Shown here: positions 41,701 to 50,518 of the stretch, piece after piece
Numbering within the stretch: the stretch's first letter is position 1
Layout: each line of letters opens with the position of its first letter
From: Bacillota bacterium
GTDB taxonomy: Bacteria; Bacillota; Sulfobacillia; Sulfobacillales; JAIMBI01
DNA length: 64,000 bases
Direction of reading: 5' to 3'
Assembly: GCA_021846505.1 (NCBI GenBank)
Contig: JAJZWV010000001.1
Coordinates: 37,291-101,290, forward strand
The notes under the pieces: generated by a model
Databases searched by the model: none
What the model saw: only the letters and a program-made list of their open reading frames with translations
What the model was told of the DNA's origin: nothing
Position numbers and translations under genes: made by a program

Positions 41701-44700
41701 GCATTGAAGCCCAACCCCACGTATATCTATCGCCTGACCGTCAGCGCATTTCCGCGGCCGTGAGGCCGCGGCTGCATTGAAGCAGTATCGCGCCGATTAC
41801 CCAGAGGAAGTCGAAGGATAATTTCCGCGGCCGTGAGGCCGCGGCTGCAATGAAGCCCCAGGTTGATGTCGCCGGTTTTGCCGCCGAATTTGAGCACATT
41901 TCCGCGGCCGTGAGGCCGCGGCTGCATTGAAGCTGCATCGCGCGGACTACGAGCCGCTAGCGCCGGAATTTCCGCGGCCGTGAGGCCGCGGCTGCATTGA
42001 AGCGTATGATCTGCTTCGTGGTCTGCACAACCCACGCTAGATTTCCGCGGCCGTGAGGCCGCGGCTGCATTGAAGCCGGGTGGCGCGGGTGCGGGCCTGG
42101 CGACCGATGAGGTATTTCCGCGGCCGTGAGGCCGCGGCTGCATTGAAGCCAACATACGACTTACCACTACCCCAACCACCCACCATATTTCCGCGGCCGT
42201 GAGGCCGCGGCTGCATTGAAGCCTCATGCGCCACCCGCTCCACCTGCACACCCATCATATTTCCGCGGCCGTGAGGCCGCGGCTGCATTGAAGCACCACC
42301 GGGGGCTATCACATCGACGTGATGTCCCACATTTCCGCGGCCGTGAGGCCGCGGCTGCATTGAAGCTTGGCGGTCGTCCCGCTCGCGGCCGCCGCCCCGC
42401 TCGCCATTTCCGCGGCCGTGAGGCCGCGGCTGCATTGAAGCGGCGGATGGGGAAGACGCGGCGCGGCTGTACGAGGATTTCCGCGGCCGTGAGGCCGCGG
42501 CTGCATTGAAGCGCTGGCCGCGCAGCGCGTGCCCATCGGCGTCTACGCGATTTCCGCGGCCGTGAGGCCGCGGCTGCATTGAAGCTGCTGATCGTCGGTG
42601 CGCTGCACGCTCTTGCGGAGCGATTTCCGCGGCCGTGAGGCCGCGGCTGCACTGAAGCGGGCCGTTCCAGTCCGTGGCTGCGGCTCGCATATCCGCATTT
42701 CCGCGGCCGTGAGGCCGCGGCTGCATTGAAGCTGAATGCCGGCAGCTACACGTGGAACGAGTTCTAATTTCCGCGGCCGTGAGGCCGCGGCTGCATTGAA
42801 GCACTTGCAGTTGGCCGACGCCGAGGCCGAAGTTGTCGGTGTATTTCCGCGGCCGTGAGGCCGCGGCTGCATTGAAGCGGCGGGTGGTCGGTGCGTGTGG
42901 GCGTCCGGGGGGCGTATTTCCGCGGCCGTGAGGCCGCGGCTGCATTGAAGCAGCGAGCGCGGGAGACTCCGCGAAAGCCTCTGCCGGATTTCCGCGGCCG
43001 TGAGGCCGCGGCTGCATTGAAGCAAGGAGCCCCCGGTGACGCGCCCCACCTACGCCGCCGATTTCCGCGGCCGTGAGGCCGCGGCTGCATTGAAGCCGCA
43101 TGGGCGGGCACCCGGAGCACGGTGGGGACGCATTTCCGCGGCCGTGAGGCCGCGGCTGCATTGAAGCCCGGGCGGCCCGGCTCGCTGTTCCAAGACGCGC
43201 AACTCGATTTCCGCGGCCGTGAGGCCGCGGCTGCATTGAAGCATGAAGGAGGGTCGGCAACGGGCTTCGCCCCGTGGCTTATTTCCGCGGCCGTGAGGCC
43301 GCGGCTGCATTGAAGCGCAGGTGCTGTACCTGTGGGGCATCGACCCCATGGCGAATTTCCGCGGCCGTGAGGCCGCGGCTGCATTGAAGCCAACACGGCG
43401 TCATGGTCATTGGGCGGAAAGGGGTTGGCGATTTCCGCGGCCGTGAGGCCGCGGCTGCATTGAAGCATCATCGCCACCACCGGCGCCGGCAGCGCGTCAA
43501 TCTATTTCCGCGGCCGTGAGGCCGCGGCTGCATTGAAGCTTTTTCCGCACGTATGAAGTTTGCGGAAAAGAAGAAATTTCCGCGGCCGTGAGGCCGCGGC
43601 TGCATTGAAGCTTCTTGTCGCGGCGCGGCATGGATGGTCATATTGCCATATTTCCGCGGCCGTGGGGCCGCGGCTGCATTGAAGCCGCGTGTTTCCCCGC
43701 GATCGGGCGCGCACCTGGGAATTTCCGCGGCCGTGAGGCCGCGGCTGCATTGAAGCTCGCATCACCCCGCCCCGGGCACCGAGCCTGCGTGGCTATTTCC
43801 GCGGCCGTGAGGCCGCGGCTGCATTGAAGCTGGCGGGAAGTACGAGCTAGCGACAGCCGCCCCTCCATTTCCGCGGCCGTGAGGCCGCGGCTGCATTGAA
43901 GCGGATTCGCGAGGCATGCTTTGGATCCGCGTCGACCCATTTCCGCGGCCGTGAGGCCGCGGCTGCATTGAAGCACCGTCAGGCCGTTCACCACGTTCGA
44001 ATGCGCCAAGTAATTTCCGCGGCCGTGAGGCCGCGGCTGCATTGAAGCATGATGATGCGCCGGTGCTTGGCTACACGTACGACACGTATTTCCGCGGCCG
44101 TGAGGCCGCGGCTGCATTGAAGCGGGCGAGCGGGCCATGAGCAGGACGATGACCAGCAATACCAATTTCCGCGGCCGTGAGGCCGCGGCTGCATTGAAGC
44201 GCTGGCTATCTTCCGCGACTCTGCCATTGCTGACGCTAATTTCCGCGGCCGTGAGGCCGCGGCTGCATTGAAGTCGTCCGGGTAGCATGGCGAAGACGAA
44301 CGAGTCTCAGATTTCCGCGGCCGTGAGGCCGCGGCTGCATTGAAGCTTGTATACACATGGCGGACAAGCGATAGGTAGTGCTATTTCCGCGGCCGTGAGG
44401 CCGCGGCTGCATTGAAGCTGAGAGGGCAGTCTCCCGAAATGCGGTGATGTTGTATTCCCGCGGCCGTGAGGCCGCGGCTGCATTGAAGCGATCACGGCGC
44501 CATCCTGCCGCATGTGCCGGTTTTGATTTCCGCGGCCGTGAGGCCGCGGCTGCATTGAAGCAGCTCCTTGGCGGTGGCTCCCTCTGGCGCCACCAGGGAT
44601 TTCCGCGGCCGTGAGGCCGCGGCTGCATTGAAGCGGGTAAACGCCTGCGACGTGCCCCAGCCGCTTTCGAGGATTTCCGCGGCCGTGAGGCCGCGGCTGC

Positions 44701-45432
44701 ATTGAAGCGCGATGGGTGACGTGTCCGAATGGGCACCAGTATTACGCCATTTCCGCGGCCGTGAGGCCGCGGCTGCATTGAAGCTAGAAGCGGCGAACGG
44801 GGATCGGCCATGTGTTCATGATTTCCGCGGCCGTGAGGCCGCGGCTGCATTGAAGCCAAGCTGTTGGCTACACCGCTGACGCGGACGTCTTCTGATTTCC
44901 GCGGCCGTGAGGCCGCGGCTGCATTGAAGCGAGTCAGCATACAGGCACCCGGACCCGGGTGCAATATTTCCGCGGCCGTGAGGCCGCGGCTGCATTGAAG
45001 CATAGCCATCCGCGGTGACATCGGTCTCCGGCACGAGATATTTCCGCGGCCGTGAGGCCGCGGCTGCATTGAAGCACCGCCCGGCGCGCCTGCAACTCAT
45101 GCGCCACCCGCATTTCCGCGGCCGTGAGGCCGCGGCTGCATTGAAGCGGCAAGGCGCAGAAGACGGGAGAGCTGGACGCCATATTTCCGCGGCCGTGAGG
45201 CCGCGGCTGCATTGAAGCGGACCAACAAGCATCACGCGAGGGCGGCCTGCGGCATCATTTCCGCGGCCGTGAGGCCGCGGCTGCATTGAAGCGGGGCTGG
45301 TACGCCGGCGACCTGGGAGTGACCCCGGCCGGCCATTTCCGCGGCCGTGAGGCCGCGGCTGCATTGAAGCTTGTGGCCCTTGGGCCGGCGGTTGCGCACG
45401 CGATCAATTTCCGCGGCCGTGAGGCCGCGGCT
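35749..45432 (+). CRISPR. CRISPR array: 132 full 36-nt repeats plus a 26-nt truncated terminal repeat, 132 spacers of 35-40 nt
   Basis: Repeat ATTTCCGCGGCCGTGAGGCCGCGGCTGCATTGAAGC, with an 8-bp stem CCGCGGCC/GGCCGCGG and loop GTGA. Counted by hand line by line (uncertainty about +/-2). Plus-strand polarity is inferred from three things: hairpin followed by the ATTGAAGC 8-nt tag, cas2 and leader on the left, and all variant repeats in the right-hand 60%. Confidence 0.97.
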
Positions 45433-45716
45433 TTACTATGCCGTGATCCTGATGGACGGCGACCGTGTCGGCGACTTGCTCTCCAAAGTGGGCGCCGCCA
45501 CGGTGGCTCGTGCCCTTGAGGCATTTTCTGCCGAGGTGCCTAACGTGGCGGCAGCCACCGATGCTGTGCTGGTTTACGCCGGGGGCGATGACATCTTGTG
45601 TCTCGCACCGCTCGACACGGCACTGGAAGCGGCGCAGAAGTTCCAGGAGGCGTATGCGCACGCGTGGGAGGCGGCAGCCCCCGGGGTGGCGGCCACCATG
45701 TCGGCGGCCCCCGCGC
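45433..45716 (+). pseudogene. cas10: cas10/cmr2 Palm (cyclase) domain fragment abutting the truncated repeat
   Basis: Directly after repeat position 26 the frame reads YYAVILMDGDRVGDLLSK..ALEAFSAEV..AVLVYAGGDDILCLAPLDTALEAAQKFQ... This is the Cas10/Cmr2 pattern (DGDxxG ... YAGGDD). No N-terminal Cas10 domains are present. Confidence 0.6.
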
Positions 45717-45721
45717 ACCCT

Positions 45722-45862
45722 GTCGGTAGATGCCCAATGCCAAGCTGTCGCGCCCGGCTGCGTCTTTGGCCACGCCATCCAACAGGGCATGGGCGTCCAC
45801 CAACACCGCGGTGAGCGGCGTGCTGTACTGTGCATACAAGACGAGCGCCAGGGTTTTTTCGC
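45722..45862 (-). pseudogene. cas10: second cas10/cmr2-like fragment on the opposite strand
   Basis: The minus strand reads ..KTLALVLYAQYSTPLTAVLVDAHALLDGVAKDAAGRDSLALGIYRQGA. This resembles the Cas10 segment that normally follows GGDD (TxSxG..H.k.PL...L..A..LL..AK..GRd.la). Weaker call. Confidence 0.4.
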
Positions 45863-45959
45863 TCGACGGGGTCCCCAGCAATCCTACAACATAGGCAATA
45901 CGTGGGCAACACATGCACTCCAAATGCCTCCGTCCTGGACCTTGCGAGCGCGGGAACCT

Positions 45960-46215
45960 GGCGCAAAGCCGTAGCCACCGCCGCGGGGGCGTGGACGGCG
46001 CGCCCCCGCGCCGCCGAATACTGGGCCCGTGAACACACGGGGACCCTGCGGGGGCACTCGTACCGGCTTGTCGTCTACCGCACCTCGAGCCTCGACCAGC
46101 GGAACGCGCACCATTTCGACCGGGAGCTGACGCGGGTCCGCGCCACGGCCGATCTGGCCGGCCAGGCGTTCACGTGTGCCGCGGATGCGGAGGCCGCCAG
46201 CCGGGCCACCCTGCG
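45960..46215 (+). mobile_element. IS4/IS1634-family-like transposase fragment
   Basis: ..GHSYRLVVYRTSSLDQRNAHHFDRELTRVRATADLAGQAFTCAADAEAAS.. resembles the conserved central block of IS1634-type transposases. No start, no DDE region, no ends. Confidence 0.4.
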
Positions 46216-46299
46216 GGGGTCACCGGCTCCAGCGTCACGCGATAGCCCAGCGCCTTCAGGCGGTGCGGGACCCGCCGGACGACCGCGGCCCACGCAGAC

Positions 46300-46465
46300 C
46301 ACCACCAGGCTGACGGTGTGGGCGGAATGGGAGCAAGGCAAGTACCCCACGGGGATCAAAATCACGGCGAAGGACATCACGGCCCTCCATCTCGTGGCGG
46401 ATCCCTTTCAAGGCCAATGGAATTACACGATTTCTCCCCAAGATGACTCAGTTAAAAAAGGGTGA
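46300..46465 (+). mobile_element. ISAzo13-family-like transposase C-terminal fragment
   Basis: ..LTVWAEWEQGKYPTGIKITAKDITALHLVADPFQGQWNYTISP.. matches the extreme C-terminus of ISAzo13-type transposases (..YP.GikvS..em..l.l....FHGeWNYTI.P). Only about 50 aa are present. Confidence 0.45.
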
Positions 46466-46511
46466 GCCCTGACGAGGATCCGGGAGATCGGAGGCACCGC
46501 GCAACGACAGG

Positions 46512-47495
46512 CTACCCGCCTCTAAGTTGAGAAGCCACCTCGTCATGCTCCTCTACACCGGAGGACACAGTGGCCGGTACGGGCGGGGTGAACACCACGA
46601 ACTTCCCCGCGGTGCGCCGGGTGGAGCGAAACAGCTCCCGCACGCCCCGCGCTTGCAGCTGCGCCACATTGCGCTCGCCAACTTCACCTGCCAGCTCTGC
46701 CGCCGCCATGCCCATCAAGGACCGCACCGCATCGGCAGACAGCGGGGCCTCCCAGATGGGCCATGTAAAGTGCGTCTCGCGCTTCACCCGGCGAAATCCC
46801 GTGGTGGCGATGCCTCGCCCCACCGGGGCCGTGGGCAGGAGGCGCAGAGCCTCCACAGCCAGTCGGTTAGCGCCCCGCACCGTGCGACCGGGATCATTCG
46901 AGGGATTTTTCCACCGGAGGGCATAGCGGCGGTCGTCGCGCGCATCCCAACGCATGCTGGGCAACTCATCAGTGTACGCCCACGGCTCAAACAGGGCATG
47001 CTCCAAATCCCGCGCCGTGGTCAGCTCGGCCAGCTTGCGCATTGACTCCAAAAAGTGCTGATTTCCCGCACCGCTCATGGTGCGAAAGCTGGTGTCGCGA
47101 AGCAGGCCCTTCTTGTCCACGACGACGTCACACCCAAAGGCCGCCAGAAAATCGGCGTGGGAGCGCTCTGAAAGGGTGGCGGCCCTGGCCGCCTGCAGAG
47201 CCTGGTAGCGAAATTGCTCCCCCGACACCGCAAGATCCTTCGCGAATCGCACCGCCGGGTTCTCGGCCAGCGACTTCAAGCGCTCGGCCAGCCATTCGGG
47301 CAGACTATTGCGCTCCACCCCATCCGGCAACCCAGCTATGAACGCTGTCCACTGCCCACCCACACGGAGCCACCCCAGCCGCGGTGCATCATCGCGGGAA
47401 GGGTCGGACAGCGCCACCAGCGTCCCCAGGGCGGCGAGGAAGCCCGGCATCGACTCTCCGTGCAAACCTTCTAGTACTAATGGGTGCTGCCTCAT
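46512..47495 (-). CDS. type I-G large-subunit candidate (Cas8u/Cas8g-like; Csb3/Csx17-related)
   Basis: The start MRQHPLVLEGLHGESMPGFLAALGTLVAL overlaps the cas3 stop (ATGA). The position (last gene of the effector operon) and the N-terminal xLxGxxxxxxxxFLAALG pattern resemble Cas8u-type proteins. At 327 aa it is shorter than Csx17. Confidence 0.5.
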   Translation of the reverse strand: MRQHPLVLEGLHGESMPGFLAALGTLVALSDPSRDDAPRLGWLRVGGQWTAFIAGLPDGVERNSLPEWLAERLKSLAENPAVRFAKDLAVSGEQFRYQALQAARAATLSERSHADFLAAFGCDVVVDKKGLLRDTSFRTMSGAGNQHFLESMRKLAELTTARDLEHALFEPWAYTDELPSMRWDARDDRRYALRWKNPSNDPGRTVRGANRLAVEALRLLPTAPVGRGIATTGFRRVKRETHFTWPIWEAPLSADAVRSLMGMAAAELAGEVGERNVAQLQARGVRELFRSTRRTAGKFVVFTPPVPATVSSGVEEHDEVASQLRGG

Positions 47496-50400
47496 GCCCC
47501 CCGCCCCCTTTTTCCACGGGTGGATCCTGCCTGCTCTTCTTCGCTCTGCCGATGGTCCGCCAGCCGCAAGATGGCCTCCAGCCACGGCAACCCCCACCAC
47601 CCATAGCGGCGCGCCAGCCGCCAGAACCGCTCTTCCACCCCAGATCCCAGCTGCTCCAGCCCCGTTGCCGACGACACCGTGACCGCCGCACCCGCCAGTG
47701 GCACCAACACCTCTACCGGCTCCGTGTCCTCCACCACTGGGGCAAAGGGACGACCTCGCCCGTGATGGGTCGCCACCAGATATAAAACCAAGTCTTTCAG
47801 CTCACGGGTATCTGGCATCTCCTCGGGGCCTGCCGATTCCAGCATCCTCACCGAGAGCAACTCGTGTCGGCCCCCCCGCGGGTACCCCGACTGCTTAAGC
47901 GCTTCGCGATACGCTTTAGGGGAGAGAGGAGTCCCACGGGACTTAGCGACCAACTCCGGCCATGACCAGCGGCCCCCGCCGGTCAGCACATTTTGAAAAC
48001 GAGGGTCCGCCTTGCCCAAATCATGCAGGCCGCCGGCAGCCGCCACCGCCTCCACCATCGGCTCCGGCAGGCCACACTGCTCAGCGTACTTGCGCGCTCG
48101 ACGTGCCACCCCGTCCAGGTGCTGCCCCAGGGTTACGACCCGGCTGCCAGACGTGGACGTGTAGTCTTCGTCGGTAAAGGTATCAAGTGACGCAAAGGGC
48201 GTAGGAGCTTCCACTCGATGCCTGCCTCGCACGATGAGGCCGACCCCCAGCGGGTGTGGGTCGATGCACTGCTCCAAGTTCTCTCGCAAGAGGGCAACCG
48301 AGAGGTCGCGCAGCCACTTGGGGGCAATTTCGTCTTGGGAAACCGCTTGCAGCGCATCTCGCACGTCGCCTACCAGTCCGTCAGGGTCATCCTCAAACGA
48401 CCGCCCGCCGGTTTCTGCCAGCGTCAGCAGCGCGGCGCGGCTTGGGGTGGGGGGCAGTTGGCCCACCACTGCGGGATGGAGTCGCATGACCGGCAGGCCT
48501 CGCGTCTCAAAATTTGCGCGGTCTCCCCAGTCTAGGCAAGGCGGGCCCGCGCGCCGTGCCAAGTCGCCCAGCACGGTGGACCGCTTAGACTCGTTTGCCG
48601 CAGCGTTGAGAACCAGCACGTCCCCAGGGCGCAGCCTCCCACCATCTTGGATGGCCTGAGCATCATCCCGGCCTCTCCACCGAATCACTGACAAGCTAGA
48701 TTCTTCGCTCTCGCGGCGGCCGCGGGCAGCGTGGCGCTTGGCGGCGGAGTCCTCTAATTCATCCGGTGCCACACTTTCCAGATCACCGCTGTCATCCTCC
48801 ATATTGGCACCCGACAAAAAGTCCCGCATGACATGGATGGGAACTGGCAGGCACTCTGCGATAGCGGGTGGCGCCCACGCCAGCGCGTCCAGCGTGGCCG
48901 GCACAATCTTGCCCGCCTCATCCCGCTCAAAGTCCGCCCGCCAGCACACCAGCACGTCAGGCGACCCCGCTTCAGGTCCGTGGAGAAACACCGCAGGATC
49001 TGGGGAAGGCCACGGGATAGGGTCGGTCTGGGCCCATAAGTCGATGTGCGCTGGCAGCATCACGGGCGCGTGGCGCACCGGCGCGAACAGCTCCGCTGCA
49101 TTTTCGGTTTCGGACAGCTGCTCCGCCAAGCCCCCGACGCTCATGTCCACCGTTTGGTCGGGTCGCTCGTGGGCGCGAAGCCACTGCCAGGTGCGCGCGA
49201 GTGCCGTCCCATAAATCGGGTCGCCCGCGGGGTCATCCAGTTTGAGGTCTCGCTCCAGCACCACGATGGCTTGGCTGGCAATGGGTCGCCCCATCCGATT
49301 GAGTCGCCCGAAGCGCTGCTGCAGTGCGTCCAGCGACGCGCACTCGGTCACGAGGTAGTCAAAGTCCAGATCCGCCCCCACTTCCAGGGTTTGGGTCGCC
49401 ACCACAAACAGCGGCGCCTTCCGCGCGCCGTCCCGCGCGCCACTAGCCACCGAGGCAAGATCGCGATCCACGACATCGCCCTTGTCGACGGGGCGCATGC
49501 GTCCTGTCAGCAGGACCGTGTCTAGGTGAGCCTTCTGCAGCAATGCCGCCACCTCGCGCGCCGTCTGCACCCGGTTGCAAAACACCACGGTGGATATCGG
49601 GCCGTCAGCGCCCAGATGGCTCAGTTGGCGCGCGGAGGCTGCGAGCTCCTCGGCTACTCCCAGTCGCCCCGCGGAGCGGGCCACAGCTAACGTGGCCGGC
49701 TTCGCGGCCCAGCGCCGTCGTCCCAGAGGATGCTCCCGGTCGTCGCCTTGGCCAGAGGTATCCCGAAAGACGTCCTGGAATCCCGCCGGCGGCGTCGCGG
49801 ACATCACCACCGCATGAAACGGTGGGGGCAGCGGCTCCTTGGCAAACGTCCGATACCGCCCGACGGCGCGCAACGTTTCCATAAACGGCACGGCGCAATG
49901 GGCTTCATCCAGCAGCACCAGGCTGTCATTGGCGACCAGCCCCGCATAAATGGGAAAGCTGTAGGGCCGCCGCCCATAGGCCCGAAACAGGAGGCGGGAG
50001 CCCAGCTGGTCTACGGTGGTCGCTACCACGGTAGGCTGCACGGGGGACCGGGCCCAAGCCTCCGAGCGGTAAATCCCCCCGCGGAGCTCGTACGCCATGA
50101 GGGGCACTTCTCCACCCAAGGCCATCAGGCGCTCGGCCACTTGCCGCAGAGTCGGATCGCCGCCGTCCAGCGCTTCGTAAAGCTTTTGGGCGATTTTCTG
50201 AGCACGGCTGTACGCCGCGTCGACGATGAGTCGCCGGTCGACCGCGAAAAACACGCGGCGCGGCATGCGGCCCCGCTCGGGGTGCATCGCCAGCGCAAAC
50301 ACGGCCACATCCAAGCAGGCCGTCTTGCCCGCCGCGGTAGGCAGGGCCAACACTTCCGGCCACGGGTCGGCAGACGTCATCACCCGCGCGGCCAGCGAAC

Positions 50401-50497
50401 GCTGCCATTCGAATGCTGGATACCCCCACAGCGCGTGGAAGAACCGATCGAACTGCTCTCCGGCACTCCCTGCGCTGCTCTCCCAATCCCTATCCAT
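47492..50497 (-). CDS. cas3: type I-G Cas3 helicase-nuclease (C-terminal HD domain)
   Basis: 1001 aa. Helicase motifs ..LALPTAAGKTAC.. and ..LVLLDEAHCAVPF.. (DEAH). C-terminal HD nuclease ..GGLHDLGKADPRFQ...LVATHHGRGRP. HD at the C-terminus is the I-G arrangement. Confidence 0.9.
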   Translation of the reverse strand: MDRDWESSAGSAGEQFDRFFHALWGYPAFEWQRSLAARVMTSADPWPEVLALPTAAGKTACLDVAVFALAMHPERGRMPRRVFFAVDRRLIVDAAYSRAQKIAQKLYEALDGGDPTLRQVAERLMALGGEVPLMAYELRGGIYRSEAWARSPVQPTVVATTVDQLGSRLLFRAYGRRPYSFPIYAGLVANDSLVLLDEAHCAVPFMETLRAVGRYRTFAKEPLPPPFHAVVMSATPPAGFQDVFRDTSGQGDDREHPLGRRRWAAKPATLAVARSAGRLGVAEELAASARQLSHLGADGPISTVVFCNRVQTAREVAALLQKAHLDTVLLTGRMRPVDKGDVVDRDLASVASGARDGARKAPLFVVATQTLEVGADLDFDYLVTECASLDALQQRFGRLNRMGRPIASQAIVVLERDLKLDDPAGDPIYGTALARTWQWLRAHERPDQTVDMSVGGLAEQLSETENAAELFAPVRHAPVMLPAHIDLWAQTDPIPWPSPDPAVFLHGPEAGSPDVLVCWRADFERDEAGKIVPATLDALAWAPPAIAECLPVPIHVMRDFLSGANMEDDSGDLESVAPDELEDSAAKRHAARGRRESEESSLSVIRWRGRDDAQAIQDGGRLRPGDVLVLNAAANESKRSTVLGDLARRAGPPCLDWGDRANFETRGLPVMRLHPAVVGQLPPTPSRAALLTLAETGGRSFEDDPDGLVGDVRDALQAVSQDEIAPKWLRDLSVALLRENLEQCIDPHPLGVGLIVRGRHRVEAPTPFASLDTFTDEDYTSTSGSRVVTLGQHLDGVARRARKYAEQCGLPEPMVEAVAAAGGLHDLGKADPRFQNVLTGGGRWSWPELVAKSRGTPLSPKAYREALKQSGYPRGGRHELLSVRMLESAGPEEMPDTRELKDLVLYLVATHHGRGRPFAPVVEDTEPVEVLVPLAGAAVTVSSATGLEQLGSGVEERFWRLARRYGWWGLPWLEAILRLADHRQSEEEQAGSTRGKRGRGA

Positions 50498-50518
50498 GGC
50501 TTGTCCCTCGCTTCATGC

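Noticed and set aside
35086-45835. Dozens of track ORFs on both strands across the CRISPR array (for example 35086..36405, 42037..43260, 44236..45069) with recurring peptides MQPRPHGRGN, FNAAAASRPRK, LQCSRGLTAAEI, FRGREAAAALK.
   Set aside because: They are simply the 36-nt repeat translated in different frames. The periodicity equals the repeat-spacer unit, so they are not genes.
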